Below are positions 42,816 to 53,594 of a DNA stretch of 64,000 nucleotides, one piece after another. Numbering within the stretch: position 1 is the stretch's first letter; each line of letters opens with the position of its first letter. Both the position numbers and the translations under genes were made by a program. Source of the stretch: Macrostomum lignano (taxonomy: Eukaryota). Location of the stretch: assembly GCA_002269645.1 (NCBI GenBank), contig NIVC01000033.1, positions 733,335-797,334 of the forward strand, given 5' to 3'. The notes under the pieces are model-generated. The model was not told where the DNA came from. It ran no database searches and saw only the letters and a program-made list of their open reading frames with translations.

Positions 42816-43688
42816 GTGAAAAAAATGGAAGCGATTGCTGAAAGACTAAACAACATTGTTTCACACTCTAAGGAGAGCATTCCTATTACAATAACTGGGC
42901 GAATTAATGACTCAAACGGGATGTTTGTTGAAAAATTAGAGCAGGCGATTCGCCTGGATCCAGGCGCTAATTACCATGTCTATCTTAACGACTTCACTGG
43001 TTGGTCAAACGTTCCCAATGTGATGGCAGCAAATAATAAGTTTTATTACAAATGGAAAGGTGCAGCAGCAGACCCTGTGGTATTCCATGTGAGCACGCAG
43101 AGTGTGGATACCTACAATAACTTTCTAGAAAATGTCTTTACTAAGAGAGGCCATTTTGAGACACCTGATGCGAGTAAGCCAGATAAAAAAATGTTCCCTG
43201 TCAAACTAACATATGATCTCACTGTAATGAGAGTGGTCATGCAAGTTCACAAAGATGCGGAGGTTGAGTTTAAAGATGACACTTGGTATAGGGAACTGGG
43301 ATTCGAGAAGAAAGTTTATAAGGCAGAATCCGCGGCGCGGACCGCCACTCAAGCATCGGGGACTGTTAGAATGGTCCGGGAAAGTGTAAGCGGTTTGTTC
43401 TTAGCACCCAATATAGCAGACATTGTAAAGGGTTTGAATATTCTAATCAGAAGCAATCTCAGTCTTGATTGGGTATTTAAGGGAAAGCGAACGAATATTT
43501 TGTACAACATCTCCAACTCTGTTGCTGGAGAACAGATGGTGGTAGAGAAACCAAATCCAGTGAAAAGAGTTGTATTGAGTAATAAGGAGATTCACGAGAT
43601 TGAGCTACAGTTTGAGACTGAAGATGGGATGGGCGTTGATTTCAACGGTGAAGAGTTTGTATTGACGTTAATCATTGAGAGAATGTAA
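42816..43688 (+). CDS. Putative minor capsid protein, intact
   Basis: Homolog of 2135-2992. Confidence 0.7.
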   Translation: MKKMEAIAERLNNIVSHSKESIPITITGRINDSNGMFVEKLEQAIRLDPGANYHVYLNDFTGWSNVPNVMAANNKFYYKWKGAAADPVVFHVSTQSVDTYNNFLENVFTKRGHFETPDASKPDKKMFPVKLTYDLTVMRVVMQVHKDAEVEFKDDTWYRELGFEKKVYKAESAARTATQASGTVRMVRESVSGLFLAPNIADIVKGLNILIRSNLSLDWVFKGKRTNILYNISNSVAGEQMVVEKPNPVKRVVLSNKEIHEIELQFETEDGMGVDFNGEEFVLTLIIERM

Positions 43689-43692
43689 GAAA

Positions 43693-43932
43693 TCACAATT
43701 GCCTAATTATTTCTGCAAAGTTATAATAGCTGTCGTAATCTTTTACGTAGGTTACTCCATACTTATAAAACCAGTGTCTTTGGAGAGCTAGATTAATATT
43801 AGAGACATTGATATCAACGCCGGGCCAATATTTTCTCATGTACTCACTGCATTCAAGTTTGCATCGGTACTTGGATTTGTACAATGGATTAGGCTGAGTA
43901 TAATAAGAACCTGGAGAGACAGCTGGAAACAT
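43693..43932 (-). CDS. TIR-encoded 79-aa orphan protein (copy 4)
   Basis: Homolog of 1834-2073. Confidence 0.7.
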   Translation of the reverse strand: MFPAVSPGSYYTQPNPLYKSKYRCKLECSEYMRKYWPGVDINVSNINLALQRHWFYKYGVTYVKDYDSYYNFAEIIRQL

Positions 43933-45652
43933 TTTTATTGAGAATTTAATTTTTTTTCAAAGGGTAAGGACCCTGGGTTAGGGGATTTAAAGTCTTAGGG
44001 ATCTGGTTTCAACGCTTCGCGTTGCGAATTGAATGTGGGGAGAAGAATGCAGATTTTTTTCTGATTGTTTTAGAAATGTTATGGGTGGATGTCGGTGGAT
44101 GATGTCAGTGTCAGTGAGCATAACAGGTGTCCACAGTGAGCATAACAGGTATCAGTTGACACCTGCTCTGATTCTGTCGGGGATAATATGGATGGATTTA
44201 ATGGGATTATGGAGGATGTGAAAAATTTTGTCCCAAAAGCCCCCTCATGCCTTCTACTTAGAGATAGTGGACTTTGGTTCAAAAAAAGATTTTCAAACAC
44301 CCCGCTTTCCCGAGAGACTTTTTAGGCTTGGCTATTTGATACGATGATTTAAGAAGCTGTCCATTTGTTGTCCTTTCGTCCAGAGATAACATTTTTAACC
44401 GTTCATTAAATTTGACACAAAGCGGGGTCAATCCAGTTAAAACAGTCGAAGTAACTTCAGAATTATGAAAGCACCATGTGACGCTAAAGTGTACCTCCAC
44501 CTCCGTCTCGCATTTTGATACACACGAAGCCCTGCAGTCTTGGGACAACCACGCCTACAAAAAGTGACACTGACGTCATCGATTCAAAAGATGATTTTCC
44601 AAAATTCGGGACCTTTTTGTCGATGAAATGTCCAGACAATGAAAGAATATTTTAAAACGAAAGATACTTTTTCAACAAAGCAGAAGAAATTTAAAAAACT
44701 TAAGTCAACCCTAGTGAGAGAGAGCTTTGTGGGCATTTGCTACTGCGACATGCGTTTAAAATTTCTGAACAAAAGATTACTACTGAATATTGCAATATTT
44801 CAACAAAAAAATTTCCAATAAGTTTCCGGCCAATTCTGCCCGCAGTCGCAGACGCAGTGAAGATTTTTTCGCACCGCTAGCGATGAAAAGCTACCATTGT
44901 TATATTGGTGTTTCATTGACCTTCAAGCCCGGATTTCCTGACTACAGCTGAATTTCTGCTGCTAGAGAATTCACTAGTATTGATCTGCGGCACCGGCCGC
45001 CCAGCATCAGGTGAGGAAGTTCAGAACAATGACTCTATTGTCAATTCTTATGGTATGCAGCTTCGGTCCCAAGATTCAGCCTGTAAGCATCCTGTATAGA
45101 CCAGTTCCTGTAAGCCTGTTCCCGTAAACAATCACCTGGTATATATAAATATCTAAAAAACGTTTTCGCATTTTATCCTAAAGTGCTTGTGCCCATTTTG
45201 ATTCTGTAAGAGAAAGCCAGCTGCAACCCGGTCTACCGGGCTAATTTATTTAAACAAATGTCACTATAATTGCAAATAGCATTTTTCCCGCTCCTAAAAG
45301 ACTTCTAGATATACAAATGAGGAAGGAAATAAAGGACACAATAAGCAGAAATTTGAATGCTTGCTTTATTACTGGCATCTGAGTTTCACGTGTATTTGAC
45401 GCGGGAATGCCAGCAGGTGGTATTCGACTTGACAAATTTGCTGGGTTATTTGTCATCGCACTAGCACGAGACTTGGACAGAATTTGGAAATTGGAAAAAG
45501 TTTTCAAATAAACTGCTTTTTTAAATAAAAAGATGGAAATAATGGTTTTTAAACAAAAAACAGATTTTTTTTATTTTCCTATTCAATGCTTTCTTCAGTT
45601 AGCAAAGATGTCTGGATCTGGGTTTTTCCACGTCGTGGTCACCTCCGGTTCT

Positions 45653-46820
45653 TCAGGGCAGCAAAACCAGCCGGATGCTCTTCAGTGAGTACATTCCGTC
45701 CACGCTGGCCCAAAAGTATTTTCCGGGGGTAGCCTGCCGGGTGCTAAAGTAGACTCCGTTCGGGTTGCACTGGCTGCAGCCGTTGAACCACCAGCCTCCG
45801 TAGCCGCCGCTCGAATTGGAGCACGACATGCTGGTGAAGTCCCTGTCGGTGGTTGAGAAAACTCGTCCCTTGTGGTGCGCCAGCGAATCGGCCGAGGTGT
45901 TGGACCTGTCCGCCAGGTAGGAGCCGTAGTCCATCAGGTAGTTAGTGCTGGCGTCGCCCACGACGAAGCCGGAGTACTCGGCAATGTACAGAGCGCCGGA
46001 CCATTTGACGGCCTCCATCCGCAGGGTTCGTGGCGTCAGGTTGTTGCTCAACTTGTTGATAGTTCTCAGGCCTGTGAAAGTGATCTAATTTCGGCTCCCA
46101 GAGGCGTAGGCAAGACTTTTCATTCGAGAGGGTAACAAAGCTACGTGTACTTTAAATAATGATATTAATCGTTGCAGGAGAGCAGGAGGGCATGCTGGCG
46201 AAACGCCTTTAGCGATATCGTTTCACAACCAGAGCTGAGGCAACTCTGCTCATTCCTGAGCACATACAAGCGCGCCAATACTGTACGCAGGCACGCACTC
46301 ATGCACACGTTTCTCACCAAGCCAAAAGTCGATCCCGTCTCCAAAGCCTTCCTCATACTCCGACCAGGTCCGCTGAAAGCTCAGACTGCCGTTCGAGCGG
46401 CTCTGGACGATGCGCAGCGATTTCGGCTCGTCTGTGGGCCCGAAAAGAAAGTGCATGGTTGCTATCCCATAAATCACGAGTAAATTTACTCTACTTTAGT
46501 TTTGCATGTTGTCCTTCAATTCAAAGAAGCCAACAGCTCGAAGGGATAGAAAAAACTGACCGGTCTCTCGACGAAATACGACGGTGTCTGGCGGTACGGA
46601 GCTGAACTCGGCATGCTTGAGCGCGGACTGCAGGCAGCTATTCGACTCAGGCAAGTAGACGGTGGCGGCGCAGTCAAAGTAGTCTACCATAGCGCAGCGG
46701 ACGGCACAGTCGATCTTGCTCTTGCCGGGCACCAGCGAGCCGGCTGTGCTGACCGTCGGAATGGCCGGCTGCTCCGCGCTGAACACTGGAATGCAGCAGC
46801 AGGCAACCAGGCGTTGGGTT
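45653..46820 (-). CDS. PAN/apple plus fibrinogen C-terminal domain protein (exons ~46561-46820, 46318-46431, 45653-46071)
   Basis: SKIDCAVRC...C....Y..ESNSC; QSRSNGSLSFQRTWSEYEEGFG...FWLG; FSTTDRD...GGWWFNGC..CNPNG; phase-1 introns join these in frame. Confidence 0.85.
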
Positions 46821-47959
46821 TGCTAATTACGAGCTAGACAACTAAAACTTGATAATGATTATCCAAGGACTACTGTTAGAGCGAATCCGTCAGCGTCCAG
46901 GACTCTCCAAATTTATTGGCCATTGGTGTGATGCCCGCGTTTTTGCTTTTGAAAGCATTCGCAAAATAATACAAGCGTAGCTACCCGCCTTCTGAACTTC
47001 CTGTCAGAGAGGGACGTAGATAGGGTTTTTTATTGGGGAAGCGGGTCTTTGGGGGGCGCCAGTCACTTAAGTGTCCCAAGTGTCACCAATGAATTTTCGC
47101 TAATTTATAGATTTCTTTTAAAAAAACTGTTCTGCTTTGAAACGCCCTGTACGGTAAAACCCCACCTATTTGATGCAAAGCAATTAATCACGAAAATCTG
47201 TGTGTAGAAACTCTCATGACAATTAAAATGGAGTTCAAAAGTCAAACGACGCACCTGTCAAGCTCGTGGCAGCCTCAGAATGGGTGGCTATTACCACAGC
47301 GGTAATTAAAGGTAAGATCCAACCCATTGGATGGCTCATGCCTGCGGGAAATCTATCCCCAAGCAACCGGGAGAAACCAACGGTAACGCATTTTACCTGC
47401 TTGGTTTCGTGGTTGCTTTTATAGACTCGGCGATCCCCCATCCCCGCTAAATCCATTGGATTGGCCTTTGAAATCCACGGAATGCAGGGAAGATTTTACA
47501 GCAGAATTTTCCTCTCCCGTCATGCATTTTGTCACCGATCTTCTTCAGGAAAATAGAAAGCACCTGTTTTTTAGTAACCAAAAAGCCAATTCGCTCATTG
47601 GCAGCAAGAAATCTGAGTCCAGAGCAAATGTTGTCCAAGCTCAACAGCCAGCGATTGTCAGTGAAACTTGAGCAGAGAAACGGGGTCGTGAAGCTCTGCT
47701 CGGTTGTGAATGAGTTGAAATAATGGTAAAGAGCGAATTAAATCAGGTTTAAACACGAGCATCACATGACCCCTAATAAATCTTATGACTACATGGAAGT
47801 CTCTCAAGCGGGCTCTGTCTCGGATTCTGCAGTCATCTAAGCTGACACTTTCCATTCAGAGGCTTCATTCTGATGCTAAATTTTTATATTTGCTTCATTG
47901 CGTAATTACGAGTAGAAAGCAGAATTCTGATTCGACACAATTTTTATTTGTAATAGTAA

Positions 47960-48235
47960 TAGATTACACGCCCTAATGGCCAGATGTGCAACCGACAGCT
48001 CAGCCGCAGCTATTGCGCGGCGCATCTGAAGGCTGCGTACGGCTGTTCAGTCCAAGGACTGGAGGGTCGCCACACACCCTCAATTACCGCAGCTAATGCT
48101 GGCACCCATTTTACAGCTAAGTGAACTATAGCAATGCAGAGTTCCTGCTCAAGGATAAATTTTTCTGAAAGGGTCAAGAATCGAACCTCCGACTTTTCAG
48201 TCGTGAGTCCGATGCTCTTAACCACAAAGCTTAAG
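47960..48235 (-). mobile_element. tRNA-derived SINE (second copy)
   Basis: Aligns with 26905-27188. Confidence 0.75.
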
Positions 48236-48914
48236 CCTAAACCCCCTCACCCTCGGCCAGTTCAAGCAGTGAATTTCAAAAAAACGTTATTGTCTCTTTA
48301 TCACCGAGGTTAATTTTCACGTGCTACAACTATCACATTATCTTACGTACCACTATACTGTAAAAGTAGTATAGTGAAAAGTTGTATCTCTGACGCAGAC
48401 AACGCATAGAAAGTCACCTAAATCGAAAAGCGGCAAATAATCCAGCGCATTGTCAGCGACTTTCCAACCTTCTATTGGACGCGTAATGGAAAACCATTAG
48501 GAGACCCTTTTGGGCCCCATTGAGACTTTTCATGCTGCTGCTGCATGCCACTTCTCCCATTGTTGCGGCAAAATCTGACTGCTCTACTCGACTTTTTTCG
48601 TGCAGATTCATACTTTAGACAATGCAGCCGGCCAGGGACTTTTTAGCATAGCAACTGGAAACTGGAATCTGCCAAAAAATCGTCATTACTGAATAAGGTA
48701 GAAAAGGGAATACAGCAATAAAAGGAAATGCAAAATTCAAAACGCTAGTCCAACTCTTGTCTAACATGCACTGTAAAAAGCGATATTGTCGCACAGCCGA
48801 CGAGAAGCATTACTACCTACTCTACCGACCCCCCTGAGCAGGCACACAGGCGTGCGGATACGTACGCAGTCATACGCACAGGCACACACTCACACAGGAG
48901 TGTACAGCGGCCTT

Positions 48915-50330
48915 AAAGTGTTGGTTTGTGACTGGCCTTGACTAGTCAAAAACCAGTTTTAAACCCGTCTCCTCTGCCCTGCCTTGTGTCGCTTTGCGTA
49001 CATTCTCTCTCCCTCTGTCCGCTCTGTGTGGGGGGTGCTTTGGCTCTGCGTGCGTGGGGTGGTGGCCTGCTGGGGTGGGCTTTAGCCTCTCGGCCGTCGC
49101 CCCTTTTATTAGCGTCTCGCTCAGTTGGCTCAGCGTTTTTTTTGGCTGCCTGCGTGAGCTCAATTTTTTTTAGCTCTAACATTTTTTTTCATCTGACGTC
49201 ATGTCTGATCTCAACCGGTTAACAGTAGCCCAACTGCGAGCGGCCCTAATAGAAAATGGCCTACCGGTTTCGGGAAACAAGCAAGAGCTTATTGAGCGGC
49301 TTCAAGCTGCTCCACCACAGCCCGACGACGCCGAAGTCCCAGACGATTCAGAAGGGGACGAAGCAGATGCTGCGATAAATCAGCTGCTGAACGGGGAAGA
49401 ATCGGAGAATATTGACGCTGCCAACATCGCCCAAGAGAGCCGACTTGACAGCGAAATTCAGCAAGCTCGGTCGTGGATCGAGCTGCTAGAACTGAAGAAG
49501 CGAGAGGCGCAACTCCGGCAGGAATTCGGTCTGCATGCCGCCGCCACAGCTGGAGGGGTCGACCTGATTACGGCACTTTTTGGCTCGCTTTCAGCGGAGG
49601 CGCGGCCGGCTCGACGCCCTCTGCTCATCCCGAACTTTGTGGATGGTAGACGGGAGCAGATGGCTTGGCTGACGCATGATCGCGACCGGGGCGCGGCGAA
49701 GAGCGGTGCACCCAGCCTTGACAGCATCAGCACAGGGCAATGGATCGCTGCTAACGCCAGAAATAATGCAGCAGCTGCTTGAGTCCAACCAGCTCGTCTC
49801 CAAAGGAAGCGATGGAAGCATCGATGTGCGGCGCTTGAAGGCTTACCTGAATTTCAACATACATATCGGCGAGCTCATGGAAGCAGACTACGATTGGAAT
49901 GTCGTCCTATGATATGATCAGGACATGCGTCTGTTACAGCACGAGCGGCAAAGAGACTGGGACAGCCCAGACCTCAATCTCATAAACCTGTCATCTCTCT
50001 TAGACCGCGCCTAAGAACCTGTGAAAGACGGGCAGCAAAAAGTCTTCCGGAAGAAGCCAAGCAACATCATGGGGCCAGACGATTTGCGGCCTCTTTAACA
50101 GCAACCGCGGCTGCCAGAAGCAGCCTTGCAACTTTGCACATGTCTGCCGCATCTGTGAGGCTCCGCACCCGGCCCATCAGCACCAGCACAACAATGGCTC
50201 GGGTCCAAAAAACTGATTGACGCCGCCTCGCCCTCCGCCTTGCCTGCTGCTTTGCCTGCTCCGTTTTTAACTTCGCCTCCCAACTCGCCTACGGCCTCAT
50301 TCTTATCCATCTCGCCTCATCCGTCATCGG
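48915..50330 (+). mobile_element. Degenerate 5' part of a third YR (Ngaro/DIRS-like) retrotransposon; SAP-Gag at 49201-50218
   Basis: A-repeat-like start TGGTTTGTG; LTVAQLRAALIENGLPVSGNKQELIERL; CGLFNSNRGC...CNFAHVCRIC...H; frameshift and in-frame stop. Confidence 0.75.
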
Positions 50331-52915
50331 CTATTGTCGCGACTGGTGGTGCCATAGCTGCCGCCAAATCGCCTGCCCCGCTGTCGGCCCAGCCGCCAGC
50401 TCAGCCGCCAGCCCAGCCGCCAGCCCAGCCGCCAGCCCAGCTTCCAGCTCAGCCGCCAGCTCAGCCGCCAGCCCAGCTGCCAGCCAAGCCGCCAGCCCAG
50501 CTGCCAGCCCAGCTGCCAGCCCAGCTGCCAGCCCAGCTGCCAGCCCAGCCGCCAGCCCAGCTGCCAGCCCAGCCGCCAGCCCAGCTGCCAGCCCAGCCGC
50601 CAGCTCAGCCGCCAGCTCAGCCGCCAGCCCAGCCGCCAGCCCAGCTTCCAGCTCAGCCGCCAGCTCAGCCGCCAGCCCAGCTGCCAGCCCAGCCGCCAGC
50701 CCAGCTGCTGCACTTGCAGCAGGAACTGGTCGTAGCCCAGAGTGTCGGGTGGGCTGGGCCGTAGACACTCTCCGGGTACGCTGATAGGTGCCCCGTACAC
50801 CAACTCCGCTGATGATGCTGGCAGATCTTCCTTGGGAGCCGTGCGGATGCCGAGAAGCACCCAGGGCAGCTCGTTGACCCATGTCGGTCCGGATAAGCGC
50901 GCCATCAATGAAGCCTTTAATTGCCGATGAAAGCGCTCGACCAGCCCATTCGACTGCGGGTGAAAAGCCGTTGTCCGGTGCAGCTGCATTCTGAGTAGCC
51001 GGGAGCAGTTCGTCCACAGCTGTGAAGTGAACTGCGAGCCCCTGTCCGATGTAATGTCACTTGGCACGCCAAAGCGGGCGACCCAATGGGAAATAAAAGC
51101 TGATGCACAGGCTGCTGCTGAAGAATCCGTCATGGGAATTGCCTCTGGCCACCGAGTGAAGCGGTCCACGATGGTAAACAAGTGAGTGAAACCCTGTGAA
51201 TGCGGCAGCGGTCCTACCAGATCCACGTGGACATGGGCAAAACGCTGTCCGGGGACCCCGATGCCTTCGATGGGTGCGGCGACGTGTCGATGGACTTTAG
51301 CTGTCTGGCAAGCGACACAGGTCCGGGCCCACTGGGTGACGTCCCGGTTCACTTTTTCCCACACAATTTTTTCGGCCACCAAATGGCGCGTGCTGCGAAC
51401 CGATGGGTGCGCGAGGCCGTGAATTGCGTCAAAAACTCCGGAGGCTCTGGATGATATCCACGGACGAGGTCGATTTTTGAAAAAATTGAGCATCCGGCCA
51501 GTCGCGCTGAGAAATCCTGAATGTGCGGCACTGGATAGCGATCTGGCACAGTGATATCATTTAGGCGCCTGAAATCGCCACAAGGTCGCCAGCCACCGAA
51601 GACTTGGGCACCATGTGCAGGGGCGATGACCAAGGGCTGTTTGACCTGCGCACGAAGCCGAGCTGCTCCAAGAGTCGGAATTCTTCTTTGGCCACCGCCA
51701 GCTTGTCCGGTGGCAGGCGGTGGGGGCGGGCGAAAGTCTGGATTTTACTGCCGTTGGCTGCATAGAGCGGTGGTCCTTGGCGCTTCAGTCGGGCGTCTGT
51801 TCTGGCGACCGGGAAAATACTGACCTCGGCGCCTGTGTCCACTAGGAAGCGCCGGCCTGACTGTACATCAGGGATGAGGAGCAGACTGCTGTCGCCGGCC
51901 GCCAAGCTGTTCACTGACGGCCGGCCTGCTCGTTTCCCTGAAACTTGCATGGTGCTTCGCAGCGTCTAGCCTTCGCGCCGAACTTCTTGTGATAGTAACA
52001 AAGGCCTTTGGCTTCCCCAGCGCGACCTTGGGGTGGCTGAGTCCTGCTAAAGCGGTTGGTGCCGCTCTGACGTGCGACTGCGATCACAGGAAGGTCGGGC
52101 TGCTGAACTTCTGCAACCACTGGCTGCGGTCGGCTGGCCCAGAGCTTGTCGGCGAGGAGCGCCACTGCTCGCGGGTCTTTAAAATCAGCGGAGACTAACG
52201 CCATGCGGATGTCCACCGGAAGCTGCTGGCGGAAAAGCTCTTCAAAAAGCAGGCACGGTGAATGGTCGCCCAGCAGAGCCAACATTTCGTCCATTAGTTC
52301 GGACGGCCGCCTATCGCCTAGGCCAGCTATGTTGAGCAACCGGTTGGCCCGCTGTTGTCGCGACAAACTAAAAGTGCCAAGCAGGCGAGCTTTCAGCTGC
52401 ATGTACTTGCCCGTGTTGGGAGGGCTCTCAAGCACGTCTATGAGTCGCTCGGCAGACTGTTGGTCAAGTGCTGCGACCAGGTAGTGGTATTTGGTCTCGT
52501 CCTGTGTAATGCCTCGCAATGTGAACTGCGCTTCTGCTTGGATGAACCAAGCTCGGGGCTGAGAGGTCCAGAACTGCGGCAGCTTGAGTGCCACGGCATT
52601 GATGGGAGCTGTGGTTCCGCCGACTGCAAAGGTGACTTCAGGTTCTGAAGGTTCTGAAGCATTGACGGCAGCTCCGTCAATTGTGCTACCGTTAGCTTCT
52701 TCGTGTTCGGGCATACTCAAAAGCTATTTGAGCAGTCGGGCTCACCAGTTTGGCGGCTTGCTGAGCAAGGCGAATCTTAAAGGAACACGGTTGGTTTTAT
52801 ATTTGATTATGCCCGTGGGTTAAATAGAGTAGCGCGGTGCGTAAAAGCAAAAGTGGTGTCATAGACTAAAGTGAAAGTCATTAGGTAGCCGCCACACCTC
52901 CATGATTATTGTACA
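50324..52915 (-). mobile_element. Internally deleted Ty3/Gypsy LTR retrotransposon
   Basis: Gag LKLPQFW...CYYH..FG..A..C..PC (51911-52720); protease LVDTGA; RT N-terminus to KIDL fused to integrase (HGLAHP, CxxC, HVDLVG, SDRGSQF, ERFHR); PBS-like TGGTGAGCCCGA (52736-52747); candidate LTR 52751-52915. Confidence 0.9.
50385..50705 (+). repeat. 12-bp tandem repeat (CAGCCGCCAGCC)
   Basis: ~27 units at the end of the integrase frame. Confidence 0.95.
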
Positions 52916-53520
52916 TATATCGCTAGTTTCCCATCCATATAATTTAGTAGTCCCTGACATTATTGAGAAGCTTTCGGATTTTTTAAAACTATAGTCTAAT
53001 AAGGCCCTTACTCTATCACTTTAAGTAGTCAGTTGTTTTTCGTCCACAAAAACATTTTAGAACCATCTCCTCATCCTTTGATCGAGTCCGCAAAGTCTGT
53101 GAGATCTTTGAGAGCGATCCGGATGCCTGAGATAGGGAAGATAGGGAGATTTATAGGGGTAATAAACATGGGCAGGTGAGCAGCTGCAGGCGGGGTGGGG
53201 GAGCAGCGATTGCACAATCGAGCGGAGAGCACATGAACCCACTTTAGGCAGGGGGGTTGTGTGCACCCTGGCGCACTTTAAGCGACATAGGCACACAACC
53301 GGCGAGAGGCATTACTACCCATTCCGCCGACTCCCCTGAGCAGGCACACAAGCGCGCGGATACGTACACAGGCACACACTCACACAGGAGTGTACAGCGG
53401 CCCTAACTTTATATTATCGTTAGGCATGTACACTTCACTGCGCCTTGGGGGGTTGGCTCTCAAGGCCGTTAATTGCACGAGCAGAGCCAAGCCGAGATTC
53501 CAATTCAGCCCCAAATTAAT

Positions 53521-53594
53521 GTGACTGCACTTGGAATCGAACCTGGGTCGCTGGCACACCAGAGCAGCTGTGCTACCGCTGGGCTACGGCCCCC
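53521..53594 (-). other. tRNA-like sequence (SINE head or tRNA pseudogene)
   Basis: TAGCCCAGCGG A box and GGTTCGATTCC B box; anticodon arm not convincing. Confidence 0.45.

Larger units (their letters stand above)
35590..44258. mobile_element. Internally deleted Polinton E2 (8.7 kb), inverted relative to E1
   Basis: Same termini as E1; flanks CAGAGA/TAGAGA (5 of 6 TSD match); lacks pPolB, protease, pX-like, membrane-protein and RING genes. Confidence 0.95.

Noticed and set aside
50240-51017. PAQP-rich and AAGL-rich ORFs
   Set aside because: Alternative frames of the 12-bp repeat.
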